Shown here: one piece after another, positions 18,395 to 29,057 of the stretch | Layout: every line of letters starts with the position of its first letter | How positions within the stretch are numbered: the stretch's first letter is position 1 | From: Sphaerochaetaceae bacterium | Lineage (GTDB): Bacteria > Spirochaetota > Spirochaetia > Sphaerochaetales > Sphaerochaetaceae | Assembly: GCA_016938475.1 (NCBI GenBank) | Contig: JAFGUP010000029.1 | Span: 379-64,378 of the forward strand | DNA length: 64,000 nt | Reading direction: 5' to 3' | Position numbers and translations under genes: made by a program | Notes under the pieces: generated by a model | The model's input: only the letters and a program-made list of their open reading frames with translations | The model's database searches: none | What the model was told of the DNA's origin: nothing

Positions 18395-19819
18395 ACGTCT
18401 GGGATAATGGTAGCCGGTGAAGCTTTCGAACTGCAGTTTTCCCTGCGCTATAAGCATATCAAGACCATAGTAGATGCTGCTCCCGGCTTCTACAGCTCTG
18501 GCAAGCATAGCGGTGTAACGGGGTGAATAGATCAGTTCGTACACGTGATGATGTTTACTGAAGGGGAAGTCAGGAATCGGGTCTATTCCTTCAAGCTCCC
18601 CCATCCCTACGGTCGTCGTCTGGATCACAGCATCGACATCGGCATAGAGCCCCGCTCTCTCAAGTGAATCGAACGAACTCATAGTCAGCTGTGCGAGTTT
18701 CTCGGCTTTCTGTACATCACGGTTGACGATTGTGACTCGGCACCCGTGATTTCTCAGTGCCCATACACACGAGCGTGCCGCTCCCCCGGCACCGACTACA
18801 AGAACATTCCTGATCAGATCACGCTGCAGTGGAGTAATCAGTGGAGTGATGAAACCGTAGTAATCGGTATTGGTTCCTGCCCAGAGATTCTTTTTCCTGA
18901 CCACGGTATTACAGGAGCCGATCTGTTTCACTTCACGTGACACTTTGCCCAGGTACGGGAGGACCGCCTGTTTATGTGGAACTGTCACCGAAAAACCGTA
19001 GACAGGAAGCATCTCGGAAAGAGCAAAGAAGGTGCGAACCGAATCGACCTGAAACGGTACGTATATCGCATTGTATTTGATGCCACCAAATCCGGGGTTG
19101 TGGATCAGCGGTGACTTCGTGTGGGCGACAGGGTTTCCGATGATCCCGTATATATGCGTTCTGTCATCAACAGTGTCTGCACGGTACGTCTCCTTCATCT
19201 CCCGAGCACTGATATGGCCGGGAGCCGTCTCATCAGAACTGGTGAAGGTGAGCAGAGAATGCAGTTTCTTGTACAGGATGCGGGTGGGAAGACCGTATGG
19301 CCCCATACCGAGAAGGATCTTCTTCTCAATCGAGTTCAACTCACGTGATGCCTCGAACAGTCTTTTTACATCCTGGATGGAACTCGGCATCACCGCTGCC
19401 TTGGGAATACTCCCCTTACGTGCTATCTGGACCATCCTGTGAACAAGGTCATCGGGAACCTGACGAAAGTCATGGAACGAGCGGATCACCTGCATACCCT
19501 TTTGCTGTGCCTTGGTCACACACACCGAACGCTTCACATCCTCTTCGATATCGACATAGGCGAAATCTCCCTCAAGAGCCTTCTCAAGGAGAGCAAGCCG
19601 GGATTTTTCACTTTCTCTGTACTGCCCTCCATCTTCAGCCCTTCTGCAGGTCAGGATCACGGGCAGATCGGTCATATCGGGGAAGGATGCCGCCTGAAGC
19701 GCATCCGCCGAATTCAGGTAGTCGATACGGAGTTCTACGATATCAACGAAGGGACGGTGTTGCTTGATGAGGGAAACATTCTCCTCGAGGGTGAGTTTAT
19801 TCAGTACAAGACAGATCAA
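18359..19819 (-). CDS. aroDE: Bifunctional 3-dehydroquinate dehydratase (type I) / shikimate dehydrogenase
   Basis: N-terminal DIVELRIDYL type-I DHQase region. C-terminal GIIGNPVAHTKSPLIHN and VVGAGGAARS shikimate dehydrogenase region. Confidence 0.88.
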   Translation of the reverse strand: MICLVLNKLTLEENVSLIKQHRPFVDIVELRIDYLNSADALQAASFPDMTDLPVILTCRRAEDGGQYRESEKSRLALLEKALEGDFAYVDIEEDVKRSVCVTKAQQKGMQVIRSFHDFRQVPDDLVHRMVQIARKGSIPKAAVMPSSIQDVKRLFEASRELNSIEKKILLGMGPYGLPTRILYKKLHSLLTFTSSDETAPGHISAREMKETYRADTVDDRTHIYGIIGNPVAHTKSPLIHNPGFGGIKYNAIYVPFQVDSVRTFFALSEMLPVYGFSVTVPHKQAVLPYLGKVSREVKQIGSCNTVVRKKNLWAGTNTDYYGFITPLITPLQRDLIRNVLVVGAGGAARSCVWALRNHGCRVTIVNRDVQKAEKLAQLTMSSFDSLERAGLYADVDAVIQTTTVGMGELEGIDPIPDFPFSKHHHVYELIYSPRYTAMLARAVEAGSSIYYGLDMLIAQGKLQFESFTGYHYPRRLPVTLVDEEDT

Positions 19820-19942
19820 TGAACATTCCTCCCGTTCAGGACAAGGGCGAGTCCTTGCAACCCTGCAAACCTATGTGATAGGCTTTATCATACTCACTCA
19901 CATGAGAATCTTCAACACCTGAATAGGGAGTTTCACAACGCA

Positions 19943-21898
19943 ATGAAGACACTCCAGGCGAAAGACATCTCTCTGGCCTTCGGTGACCGGCAGATACTTG
20001 ACGAGATATCTCTCACCCTTCAGGAGGGAAGTGTCTCCGCTCTTGCAGGAAGCAACGGAAGCGGGAAAACAACTCTCATGAAAATCCTGGCTCACACGAT
20101 TGACTATGATTCAGGGTCTATAGCGGTAACGAAGGGTCTCAGGGTCTCGTATCTGCCGCAGACCGGCATCATTCACCGTGGTTCGACACTGAAAGAGGAG
20201 GTCCTGAAGGGGTTTGATCATTATCGTCCACTGCTTGATGATATACGAAGACTCGAAGAGAAACTCTCTGATGCATCCCTTGATACCTCACATGAATCGG
20301 ACCTGATCGAGCTGCATCAAAAGCAGGAACTCCTGCTGTCAGGCACCTACTACCGAAGGGATGCAGTGATAGAGCAGGTTATCAAAGGCCTCGGGTTCAC
20401 CGAGAATGATCTGGAGCGCAGGTGTGAACACTTCAGCGGTGGATGGCAGATGCGTATAGCACTTGCAAAGATTCTTGTAGAAGAATCTGATGTTCTGCTC
20501 CTTGATGAGCCGACGAACTACCTGGACATCGAAAGCCGTATCTGGCTGAGAAACTACATCAATCGTTTCCGCGGTGCTGTTCTCATCGTCTCACATGATC
20601 AGGACTTTCTTGATGAGACAGTACGAGAGGTGTATGAACTGTTTAACGGACACCTGAACCGATATAAAGGGAATTATTCCCGGTACGTCCAGATTCGTCT
20701 TGCTGAGATCGAGCAGCTTACAAAAGAAGCCGAAAGACAGAAGAAGGAACGGGAGAAAACAGAAAAGTTCATCGAACGGTTCAGATACAAGGACAGCAAA
20801 GCCAAGCAGGTGCAATCAAGGGTGAAGATGCTTGAGAAGATCCAGGAAATAGAAATTCCCCCTCACCTGAAGAACATGAACATCTCATTCCCCCCACCCC
20901 CACATGCCCCCTCCGTGCTGTTCACCGTACAGGAGCTGAGTAAGCGATATGGTGATCTGAGTGTCTTCAATGGGCTCTCCTTCTATATAAACCGGGGTGA
21001 TCGGCTGGCCATTACCGGACAGAATGGTGCAGGAAAGACTACACTGATGAATCTGCTTTCGGGAGCTGACACGGCCTATGAAGGGTCCATCCGAATCGGT
21101 GAAGGAGTGAAGATCGGCTACTACACCCAGGAGAACGAAAAAACTCTCAACAACGATAACACCGTGTATCAGGAGATTGAAAGCAGTGCCTCCACCGGTG
21201 ACATACCACGATTAAGGAACCTTCTCGGAGCATTTCTGTTCAGCAATGATGATATCGATAAAAAGGTCGGTGTTCTCAGTGGAGGAGAACGCAGTCGCCT
21301 CGCCCTGCTCAAGATACTCCTTCACCCGGCCAATGTCCTCATGCTTGATGAACCGACGAATCACCTTGACATCAACACGAAGCAGATGCTCCTGAATGCC
21401 CTTGAAGAGTATCAGGGAACGGTTATCTGCGTTTCACATGACACACACTTCATCAAACAGTTGTCACAAAGAATCATCTATATCAGTGACCGGCAGATGG
21501 AACTGTTCGAGGGGGACTATGAGTACTTCTCCTGGAAACTCGAACAGAAGGAAGCCTATGAATCACTGGAATCGAATGAGCAGACATCACAGGCATCAGC
21601 CACACGGGAAGGTGAAAAGCAGGCACCGATAGAACGAAAGGAGTACAACCGGTTGAAGAACAGGATGCAGAACCTGACCAGGCAGCAGCAGGAGCTTCTG
21701 GAACGGATCGAGTCCATAGAGGGAAAGATCGAAGAGGTGACAGGCCAGATGTCACGTATAGAAAACTATTCGGTCGCGGAGCGGATCACTGAACTTGTAG
21801 CGAAGAAAGATGAGCTTCAGGAACAGAAGGAGGAACTTGAATTCCAGTGGCTTGAAATAGCTCAGGAAATCGAAGACATCGAAGAGGCAATACTATGA
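19943..21898 (+). CDS. ABC-F family ATPase
   Basis: Two cassettes: GSNGSGKTT/GQNGAGKTT, LSGGWQMR/LSGGERSR, LLLDEPTNYLD/LMLDEPTNHLD. Charged linker, coiled-coil tail, no transmembrane domain. Confidence 0.9.
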   Translation: MKTLQAKDISLAFGDRQILDEISLTLQEGSVSALAGSNGSGKTTLMKILAHTIDYDSGSIAVTKGLRVSYLPQTGIIHRGSTLKEEVLKGFDHYRPLLDDIRRLEEKLSDASLDTSHESDLIELHQKQELLLSGTYYRRDAVIEQVIKGLGFTENDLERRCEHFSGGWQMRIALAKILVEESDVLLLDEPTNYLDIESRIWLRNYINRFRGAVLIVSHDQDFLDETVREVYELFNGHLNRYKGNYSRYVQIRLAEIEQLTKEAERQKKEREKTEKFIERFRYKDSKAKQVQSRVKMLEKIQEIEIPPHLKNMNISFPPPPHAPSVLFTVQELSKRYGDLSVFNGLSFYINRGDRLAITGQNGAGKTTLMNLLSGADTAYEGSIRIGEGVKIGYYTQENEKTLNNDNTVYQEIESSASTGDIPRLRNLLGAFLFSNDDIDKKVGVLSGGERSRLALLKILLHPANVLMLDEPTNHLDINTKQMLLNALEEYQGTVICVSHDTHFIKQLSQRIIYISDRQMELFEGDYEYFSWKLEQKEAYESLESNEQTSQASATREGEKQAPIERKEYNRLKNRMQNLTRQQQELLERIESIEGKIEEVTGQMSRIENYSVAERITELVAKKDELQEQKEELEFQWLEIAQEIEDIEEAIL

Positions 21899-22515
21899 AC
21901 TGGCCACTTGATATCGTCAGTGAACTGATTCTTGCTTCTCAGTCTCCTGCCCGCAGGGATCTTCTCGAGGCTCAGAGAATCCTTGTACACACTCATCCTA
22001 CACACACTGATGAGACCTGCCGTGAGAGTGACCCTATCCTGTTCCCCCTGCTTCTTGCGAAGCGGAAAATGAGATCCTTTCTCGCTTCTCAGCCCCGCCC
22101 GACCCTTCCTGTGATCACCTGCGATACGATCATCGCACAGAGTGGAGAGATTCTTGGTAAACCGAGAGACTATGATGAGGCGACAGGATTCCTGAGGAGA
22201 TTCGCTGATACCGCCCATGAAGTTATCAGCGCATACTCTCTTCTGTATCAGGGGAGAATCTTCAGCGGCTATGAAGTGTGCGAGGTGATCTTTCACCCCC
22301 TCAGTCCACATGATATCAGCACATATCTATCACGGATAGACTACAGTTCCTGTGCAGGAGCGTACCGTATTCAGGATCAGATAATCCCTCTCGTCAAAGA
22401 GATACAGGGGAATTTCTCGACTGTCGTGGGGTTGCCATTGGAGCAGATTTCTGACATAGTATTGTCACCTGATTCTTTTGAGAGTGAGGAATATCCACCA
22501 CATGGTGAGAAATAG
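21895..22515 (+). CDS. maf: Maf-like nucleoside triphosphate pyrophosphatase
   Basis: LILASQSPARRDLL and GAYRIQD motifs. ATGA overlap with the ABC-F stop. Confidence 0.8.
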   Translation: MNWPLDIVSELILASQSPARRDLLEAQRILVHTHPTHTDETCRESDPILFPLLLAKRKMRSFLASQPRPTLPVITCDTIIAQSGEILGKPRDYDEATGFLRRFADTAHEVISAYSLLYQGRIFSGYEVCEVIFHPLSPHDISTYLSRIDYSSCAGAYRIQDQIIPLVKEIQGNFSTVVGLPLEQISDIVLSPDSFESEEYPPHGEK

Positions 22516-22554
22516 CGAAGGGGACAGGGGATTTGCCCTGTCTTAGGAGGAAAT

Positions 22555-23487
22555 GTGTCCGTAGTCACAATGAAAAGCCTGTTAGAATCAGGCGTACACT
22601 TTGGTCACCAGACCAAACGTTGGAACCCAAAGATGGCCCGCTTCATCTTCTCAGAAAGAAACGGGATTCACATCATCGATTTACAGAAGACCAGTGCCTG
22701 TATCGTGGAAGCATATGAAGCAGTGCGTGAAACGGTCAAAGACGGCAAACAGATTCTGTTCGTCGGAACAAAAAAACAAGCTCAGCAGACCATAGAAGAT
22801 GAAGCAAAGCGATGTGGCATGCCCTACATCAATAACCGCTGGCTCGGTGGTATGCTCACAAACTTCACAACAATCAAGAAATCTGTTAACAGACTGAAGA
22901 AACTCGAGAAAGAAGAACTCGACGGGACTCTCCAGTCATATACCAAGAAAGAAATCGCTCTGTACATGAAAGAGAAGTCTAAGCTCGAGAAGAACCTCGG
23001 TGGTATCAAGGAGATGAAAGATCTCCCCGGTGCCATCTTCATTATCGATACCAAAAAGGAAGCTATCGCAGTTGCAGAGGCAAAACGGCTTGGTATTCCC
23101 GTCATCGCAGTGGTTGACACCAACTGTGATCCCACCGATATCGACTTCCCTATCCCCGGAAATGACGATGCTATCCGTGCCATCAGCCTCTTTGTCGAAG
23201 TGATTGCGAATGCTGTCCAGGATGCTGACACAGAGGGCGGTCTGGAGATCATCGAAACACTGCCCGACCTCGAAGAGGAAGTCGCTGCAATCGAAGAAGA
23301 TGAAGTCTTTGAAGAAGAGGATGAAGACGAACACGTCGTATTCGCGAGCGATGAAGATGCTGACCTCAGTGACTTCGAAGTTGAAGAAGTGAAAGAGGAA
23401 GAGGAAGAAGAGCCGAGCAAGGTGAAATCCGTTCAGGTCACCGAAGGCGGCATTGAAGTGGACGAAGAGATTCTGTACGAAGACTAA
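22555..23487 (+). CDS. rpsB: 30S ribosomal protein S2 with a long acidic C-terminal tail
   Basis: [36 protein letters not shown] before the GTG at 22555. Confidence 0.95.
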   Translation: MSVVTMKSLLESGVHFGHQTKRWNPKMARFIFSERNGIHIIDLQKTSACIVEAYEAVRETVKDGKQILFVGTKKQAQQTIEDEAKRCGMPYINNRWLGGMLTNFTTIKKSVNRLKKLEKEELDGTLQSYTKKEIALYMKEKSKLEKNLGGIKEMKDLPGAIFIIDTKKEAIAVAEAKRLGIPVIAVVDTNCDPTDIDFPIPGNDDAIRAISLFVEVIANAVQDADTEGGLEIIETLPDLEEEVAAIEEDEVFEEEDEDEHVVFASDEDADLSDFEVEEVKEEEEEEPSKVKSVQVTEGGIEVDEEILYED

Positions 23488-23504
23488 GATTGAAGAGGTA
23501 ACAC

Positions 23505-24344
23505 ATGGCTATTAGTGCAAAGATAGTAAAGGAACTGAGAGATGCGACCGGTGCCGGAATGATGGACTGTAAGAAAGCCCTCGTTGAAGCTGACGGCGAT
23601 TTCGCGAAGGCTGAGAAGCTTCTTAAGGAAATGGGTCTCGCAGCAGTCGCCAAGCGTGCGGATCGGGCAACTGAGAACGGTGCGATCTTCGCTGGCTCAC
23701 GTGACGGCAAAGCCGTCCTGCTCGAACTCGTGTGTGAGACCGACTTCGTTGCCAAGAACGAAGACTTCATCGCACTCGGTGAAAAGCTCGTGGACATGGT
23801 CATCGATAACGGATACACGGAAAAGTGTGAAGCCCTTGAGGACGAAGTAAAGAATCTGATCACCAAGATCAAAGAGAACATGTCTCTCAATCGCATGCAG
23901 GTCTGGGATGTTGACGACACCACGGTTGTCGGTTCCTACGTTCATGAAGGACACCTTGCAACCATGGTGTTCATCAAGGCGGATGCTGCATCTGCAGTAT
24001 CGGACCCAGCAGTAGTCGAACTTGCCAATGATCTGGCTCTTCACGTAGCTGCCTTCACACCGGCCTACCTTTCCAAGGATAGTGTTGATCCCGCTTACAT
24101 CGAAGAGAACACCGAGATCTTCACAAAACAGGCTGCCGCTCTCGGCAAACCGGAGAAGGTGCTGGCAGGAATCGTACAGGGCAAGATGAACAAACACCTT
24201 GCGGAAGTATGTTTTCTTCTTCAGCCGTTTGTCAAAGATGACAGCATGAGTGTTGAACAGAGAGTAGCAGCAGTCGCCAAGGAAGCAGGAGCTTCCCTGA
24301 AGGTTGTTGATTACGCGTTCTATAAGGTTGGAGTTGCTCAGTAA
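23505..24344 (+). CDS. tsf: Elongation factor Ts
   Basis: VKELRDATGAGMMDCKKAL UBA-like N-terminus. Lies directly after rpsB. Confidence 0.93.
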   Translation: MAISAKIVKELRDATGAGMMDCKKALVEADGDFAKAEKLLKEMGLAAVAKRADRATENGAIFAGSRDGKAVLLELVCETDFVAKNEDFIALGEKLVDMVIDNGYTEKCEALEDEVKNLITKIKENMSLNRMQVWDVDDTTVVGSYVHEGHLATMVFIKADAASAVSDPAVVELANDLALHVAAFTPAYLSKDSVDPAYIEENTEIFTKQAAALGKPEKVLAGIVQGKMNKHLAEVCFLLQPFVKDDSMSVEQRVAAVAKEAGASLKVVDYAFYKVGVAQ

Positions 24345-24357
24345 GTTGTGAGTAGAG

Positions 24358-24375
24358 GCCGTCGCTTGCGACGGC
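24358..24375 (+). terminator. Hairpin between tsf and frr (possible attenuator or weak terminator)
   Basis: GCCGTCG-CTTG-CGACGGC followed by TTCTT. Confidence 0.35.
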
Positions 24376-24393
24376 TTCTTACATGGAGGTACC

Positions 24394-24948
24394 ATGAAAG
24401 AAGTATTGGAAACATGTGAATCCAGAATGGAAAAGAGCGTCAGTGCTCTTGATACAGAGTACGGCGCCCTTCGCACCGGCAGAGCCTCTGCTGCTCTTTT
24501 CGACAAGATCAAGGTAGATTATTACGGACAGGAGACTCCCTTGAGTCAGGTGGCGAGTATCTCTGTACCGGAAGCACGGCTAGTGGTCATTCAGCCCTGG
24601 GACAAAGGACTGCTTGCTCCCATTGAACGAGCTATTCTGAAAAGTGAACTTTCACTGAACCCGAACAATGACGGAAAACTTCTGCGGATCAACTTCCCGC
24701 CACTCACCGAGCAGCGGAGAAAGGAGCTTGCAAAACAGGCTAAGCAGATATCGGAACAGTATAAGGTCGCAGTCAGAAACATCCGTCGGGATTCGATAGA
24801 TGAGCTGAAGAAGATGCAGAAATCGAGTGATATAAGCGAAGATGAACAGAAAGATGGAGAATCGAAGATTCAGAAGATGACCGACTCATACATTCAGATG
24901 ATAACAGACCTCGCTTCTGAAAAAGAAAAAGAAATACTTGAGATCTGA
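24394..24948 (+). CDS. frr: Ribosome recycling factor
   Basis: 184 aa with the LRTGRASAALFD and NIRRD motifs. Confidence 0.93.
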   Translation: MKEVLETCESRMEKSVSALDTEYGALRTGRASAALFDKIKVDYYGQETPLSQVASISVPEARLVVIQPWDKGLLAPIERAILKSELSLNPNNDGKLLRINFPPLTEQRRKELAKQAKQISEQYKVAVRNIRRDSIDELKKMQKSSDISEDEQKDGESKIQKMTDSYIQMITDLASEKEKEILEI

Positions 24949-25677
24949 GTGGTGGATACCATTGGCTCATATGTACAGAACAGGTATCCCACCCACATCG
25001 GGATTATCATGGACGGGAACGGAAGGTGGGCGAAACAGCGCTCTCTTCCCCGTTCCATGGGTCACTTTGAAGGAGTGAAGGCAGCTAAACGAATCGTGAA
25101 GGCAGCCAGCGAACTCGAGATACCCTACCTCACCTACTACGCCTTCTCGACAGAGAACTGGTGTCGCCCGGCTAAGGAAGTCGATTATCTCATGAACCTC
25201 TTCTCGACAAGGCTGTTCAGTGAGATCAACTTCTACAACTCGGTCGGTGCGAAAATTCTCGTCAGAGGGGATATCGCCCGTTTCCCATCTTCGGTACAGG
25301 ATGCGATCCATGCGACGCAGGATGCGACTTCACATAACAGCCACATAATCGTAACGCTTGCAATCAACTACGGTGGACAGGATGAGATAGTCCGGTCAGT
25401 GAACAGATGGCTCTCTGAAAGGACCAGCGTAACGAAGGATTTCTCAGCCGAAGAGATGATGAAACATTTCGATCACCCCGAGATTCCCACTGTCGATTAC
25501 ATCATCCGAAGTGGAGGCGAGAAAAGAATCAGCAATTTCCTTCTGTGGGAATCGGCCTATGCGGAACTCATGTTTGTTGATTCACTGTGGCCCGACTGGA
25601 ACAAGGAACATCTGGTACAAGCATGCGAAGAGTATGCGAACCGCATACGCAGATATGGAGGCGTTCTTGATGAATAG
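24949..25677 (+). CDS. uppS: Undecaprenyl pyrophosphate synthase
   Basis: HIGIIMDGNGRWA, FSTENW and RISNFLLWESAYAEL motifs. Confidence 0.92.
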   Translation: MVDTIGSYVQNRYPTHIGIIMDGNGRWAKQRSLPRSMGHFEGVKAAKRIVKAASELEIPYLTYYAFSTENWCRPAKEVDYLMNLFSTRLFSEINFYNSVGAKILVRGDIARFPSSVQDAIHATQDATSHNSHIIVTLAINYGGQDEIVRSVNRWLSERTSVTKDFSAEEMMKHFDHPEIPTVDYIIRSGGEKRISNFLLWESAYAELMFVDSLWPDWNKEHLVQACEEYANRIRRYGGVLDE

Positions 25678-26518
25678 TGTAGCAAAACGGTTGATACTCA
25701 CCTTTACCACAGTTCCTGCACTTCTGCTTTTCATGTACTTCCTCCCCCATCAGGACCATCTGGCCTTTGCGCTTCTCACAGTAGCTGCAATGGTAAGCGC
25801 GACACGGGAAATGCATCGAATATTCATCCCCTGGGCCAACGTCACGATATTCCAGTATGCAGGGTACTCACTGTTTCCCTTCATCCTGTACCTTGAAAAA
25901 CATTTTCACCTTTCCTTTCCCCTTACAGCAGTATATGGGATACTTCTTATCCTTATCATTTTCACTGTCGAAATATTCCGTGGTGAACGCGATCAGTTTG
26001 AGAAGTCCATTGAAAAGATCTCTCGGCATCTGCTGCTGTTCACTTATCCTGCACTTTTTTCCCTGTTCCTCATCCTCATTCTCTTCCTGGATCATGCCGG
26101 CAACCTTCTTCTTCTCCTGTTCTCCGTGGTATTTGCCAACGACTCTCTTGCCTATGTATTCGGGATGCTGTTGGGAAAACGGAACAGGAATATCCTGAAG
26201 GTATCACCCAACAAGTCAATCGCAGGTTTTATCGGTGGAATCCTTGGTGCCATTGCTGCATCATTTCTCTACTACCTGTTCTCACCTGTCATACACACCA
26301 TGTTCACTCCGCTCTCACTGGTGATTCTCTCAGTGGTTTCGGCTCTTGCAGGTGATGTGGGAGATCTTGTTGAATCGATGTTCAAAAGAAATGCAGGTAT
26401 AAAGGATTCCGGGACGATGATCCTTGGCAGAGGAGGTCTTATGGACTCCATTGACTCTCTCCTGTTTGTCGCTCCCCTGTTCTACTATATCGTCCTATAT
26501 ATCCAGATGGGGCCATAA
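25670..26518 (+). CDS. cdsA: Phosphatidate cytidylyltransferase
   Basis: Polytopic membrane protein with SMFKRNAGIKDSG...GRGGLMDSIDS signature. Start moved to the ATG at 25670, overlapping the uppS stop. Confidence 0.85.
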   Translation: MNSVAKRLILTFTTVPALLLFMYFLPHQDHLAFALLTVAAMVSATREMHRIFIPWANVTIFQYAGYSLFPFILYLEKHFHLSFPLTAVYGILLILIIFTVEIFRGERDQFEKSIEKISRHLLLFTYPALFSLFLILILFLDHAGNLLLLLFSVVFANDSLAYVFGMLLGKRNRNILKVSPNKSIAGFIGGILGAIAASFLYYLFSPVIHTMFTPLSLVILSVVSALAGDVGDLVESMFKRNAGIKDSGTMILGRGGLMDSIDSLLFVAPLFYYIVLYIQMGP

Positions 26519-27675
26519 TGAACAGACAACCTACTCGAGTCATGATTCTCGGAGCGAGCGGTTCTATCGGTGGCACCGCCCTCACTGCCCTCAGAAAGTA
26601 CCGTGAGGCCTTCACTATTGTCGGTCTATCGTGTCATACGAATGCAGAACAAGTACTGATGTGGGCTGATGAGTTCAAGGTGCCGAACATCTGTATCACA
26701 GGAAACGCAAATTGTGATATTTCAGGTGTGCAACCAAGGATCTATAGTGGCACTGATGGACTTCGGGCTATGATCTTGGAAGTAGAGTGTGACGTTATTC
26801 TCAATGGTATCAGCGGATCAGCGGGTATGGTTCCCTCGTTCTGGGCTCTGGAGTCAGGAAGGCATCTCGCGCTTGCAAACAAGGAGAGCGTGGTCATGGG
26901 AGGCCCTCTCCTCTTTGAAGCAGCAAGAGACAGCGGCGCCTCAATCATTCCCGTGGACTCCGAACATTCAACCATAGATGCACTGATCGCGGCTCATGGC
27001 AAGGAATCGATCTCTTCGGTGATAATCACTGCCAGTGGAGGACCGTTCATGTCCTTCACCACTGAACAGATGAAAGAAGTACGGCCTGCTGATGCACTGA
27101 AACATCCAACCTGGTCGATGGGCAGGAAAATCAGTATAGATTCGGCGACTCTGGCGAACAAGGGTCTTGAGGTGATCGAAGCCTGTTACCTGTTCAACAT
27201 TGATCCTGATACAGTTGAGGTGGTGATACATCCTCAGTCCATAGTACACTCGATGGTGCGACTTATCAACGGAGCGGTCTACGCCCAGATGTCACCTCCT
27301 GATATGAGCCTTCCCATCATGGAGGCTATCAACATCAGTACATTTCCTCTCAGGAACGTGGTGCGTCCCCTAGATTTCTCTGAACTTAACCTCTCTTTCT
27401 CTGCCTGGGATGAAACCAGGTTCCCTATGCTTGCATATGCCTATCAGTCCATTAAAACTGGAGGAAGCTATCCGATAGCCTTCAATCGGGCAAATGAGAT
27501 TGCTGTGAACCTGTTTCTTGAGCATGCGATCTCTTTTCCGGCTATCAGTGATATCGTTCAACATGCACTTCAGGCAGATTTTTCACATGGACCTTCTCAT
27601 TTCGAGGAGATTCTCGTTATCGACCGGATTATCTCAGAGCAGGTTGAACAAACGATATCGAGGTTCATACGATGA
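26518..27675 (+). CDS. dxr: 1-deoxy-D-xylulose-5-phosphate reductoisomerase
   Basis: ILGASGSIGGTAL, LANKESVV, DSEHS and HPTWSMG motifs. Confidence 0.95.
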   Translation: MNRQPTRVMILGASGSIGGTALTALRKYREAFTIVGLSCHTNAEQVLMWADEFKVPNICITGNANCDISGVQPRIYSGTDGLRAMILEVECDVILNGISGSAGMVPSFWALESGRHLALANKESVVMGGPLLFEAARDSGASIIPVDSEHSTIDALIAAHGKESISSVIITASGGPFMSFTTEQMKEVRPADALKHPTWSMGRKISIDSATLANKGLEVIEACYLFNIDPDTVEVVIHPQSIVHSMVRLINGAVYAQMSPPDMSLPIMEAINISTFPLRNVVRPLDFSELNLSFSAWDETRFPMLAYAYQSIKTGGSYPIAFNRANEIAVNLFLEHAISFPAISDIVQHALQADFSHGPSHFEEILVIDRIISEQVEQTISRFIR

Positions 27676-29021
27676 ACATGGTGGCGTCTTTTCTGATAGG
27701 TCTTGCCTCCATAGCACTGATGATCACCATTCATGAAGCAGGACACTTTTTTGGTGCACGCGTGAGCGGTATAACCGTTGAAACCTTTGCCATCGGATGG
27801 GGAAAGGCACTGAAAAGCTGGAAGAAAAACGGTATCGAATACCGGATCAACGTTTTTCCACTCGGAGGATACTGTAAGCTCAAAGGAGCACAGGACCTTA
27901 TCGATTCTCATGAACGCAATGAACGACAGATGACCCGCTTCTCTGAAGGCTCACTCTTCGCAGCCCATCCTGCCAGGAGAATTCTCACCTTTAGTGCAGG
28001 ACCTCTCATGAACATACTGTTTGCCCTGCTCATCTGTATTCCTTTTTTCATGCTTCCCTACACCGCCTATGATGATCCTGCCACCATCATCGTTACCAGT
28101 GACTATCCTCTCGTCTACGGCTCTCAGGAAAATGCTGCTAAAGAAAGTGGCTTGAGAAGCGGTGATACCATAATCTCAATTGACGGGATAGAGATACAAC
28201 GGTTTCAGGATATCTCATCGGTCATGAGAGAGTATTCGGGGAAACGGGATCTTTTTGTGTCATTCATGCGCAATGGGGAAAGAATGTCACGGTCTGTCAC
28301 TCCAATGCAACGTGACGGCCGGTATCTGCTTGGAGTAGCTTCCGCGATGCAGCCTACTGTCAGTCGTGTACAGGAGGTTTCACCGGAGGCGATGGCCTCC
28401 CTCGCTGAAGGAGATACCATTGTAAGCATGAATGGTGAACCGGTTTCCTATACGGCTGATGTGTACGCTCATTACCTGTCACAGGAGGCTCGACTGGTGA
28501 TGAAGGTGCGCCGGGAAAACGGGTCGCTTGATACTCTCAGTTTCTCCCCCTATCGTACTCCTGAGGGGCATGTGTCCCCTCAGCTCTCTTTTGCACGCAA
28601 CACTATCCGTATCCAGGGTTCTTCACTGGTTTCCGCTATACCTCAGGCGATTGATGAGACAATGCGTATGATACGGGAAACCGGCAGGCTTTTTTCTGAC
28701 TTGTTTACCGGAAAGATGGATGCAGGGTCTTCACTTGCCGGGCCCCTTCGGATCAGTTATGTAATCGGGGAAACGTTCGCGAATGGTCTGAGAAGCTTTC
28801 TTCAGCTGATAGCGATGGTAAGCATCTCGCTCGGCATCGCCAATCTTCTTCCTCTGCCCGCCCTTGATGGGGGGTCGATCCTTCTTTCGATAATTGAGTG
28901 GGTGCGGGGCAGACGCCTTTCCGTTTCGATCTACATGAAGTACCAGTCGGTAGGCTTCTTCGTACTGTCAGCTCTGATTCTTTTTGTCCTGTTCAGCGAT
29001 GCCCGGTTCTTCTTTTCCTGA
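27672..29021 (+). CDS. rseP: RIP (site-2) zinc metalloprotease RseP
   Basis: HEAGHF motif, PDZ region, NLLPLPALDGG motif. ATGA overlap with dxr. Confidence 0.9.
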   Translation: MNMVASFLIGLASIALMITIHEAGHFFGARVSGITVETFAIGWGKALKSWKKNGIEYRINVFPLGGYCKLKGAQDLIDSHERNERQMTRFSEGSLFAAHPARRILTFSAGPLMNILFALLICIPFFMLPYTAYDDPATIIVTSDYPLVYGSQENAAKESGLRSGDTIISIDGIEIQRFQDISSVMREYSGKRDLFVSFMRNGERMSRSVTPMQRDGRYLLGVASAMQPTVSRVQEVSPEAMASLAEGDTIVSMNGEPVSYTADVYAHYLSQEARLVMKVRRENGSLDTLSFSPYRTPEGHVSPQLSFARNTIRIQGSSLVSAIPQAIDETMRMIRETGRLFSDLFTGKMDAGSSLAGPLRISYVIGETFANGLRSFLQLIAMVSISLGIANLLPLPALDGGSILLSIIEWVRGRRLSVSIYMKYQSVGFFVLSALILFVLFSDARFFFS

Positions 29022-29057
29022 ATACCGTTATATCATCCACATGGTAATCAAAAAACT

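Noticed and set aside
22824-23420. 198-aa Ser-rich ORF antisense to rpsB
   Set aside because: It is the reverse-complement shadow of the GAA/GAG-rich acidic tail of S2. It is low-complexity, has no RBS, and lies wholly inside a well-supported gene.
23697-24512. 271-aa ORF antisense to tsf/frr
   Set aside because: It lies entirely opposite two highly conserved genes, shows no recognisable motifs, and crosses an intergenic hairpin. This is a typical shadow ORF.
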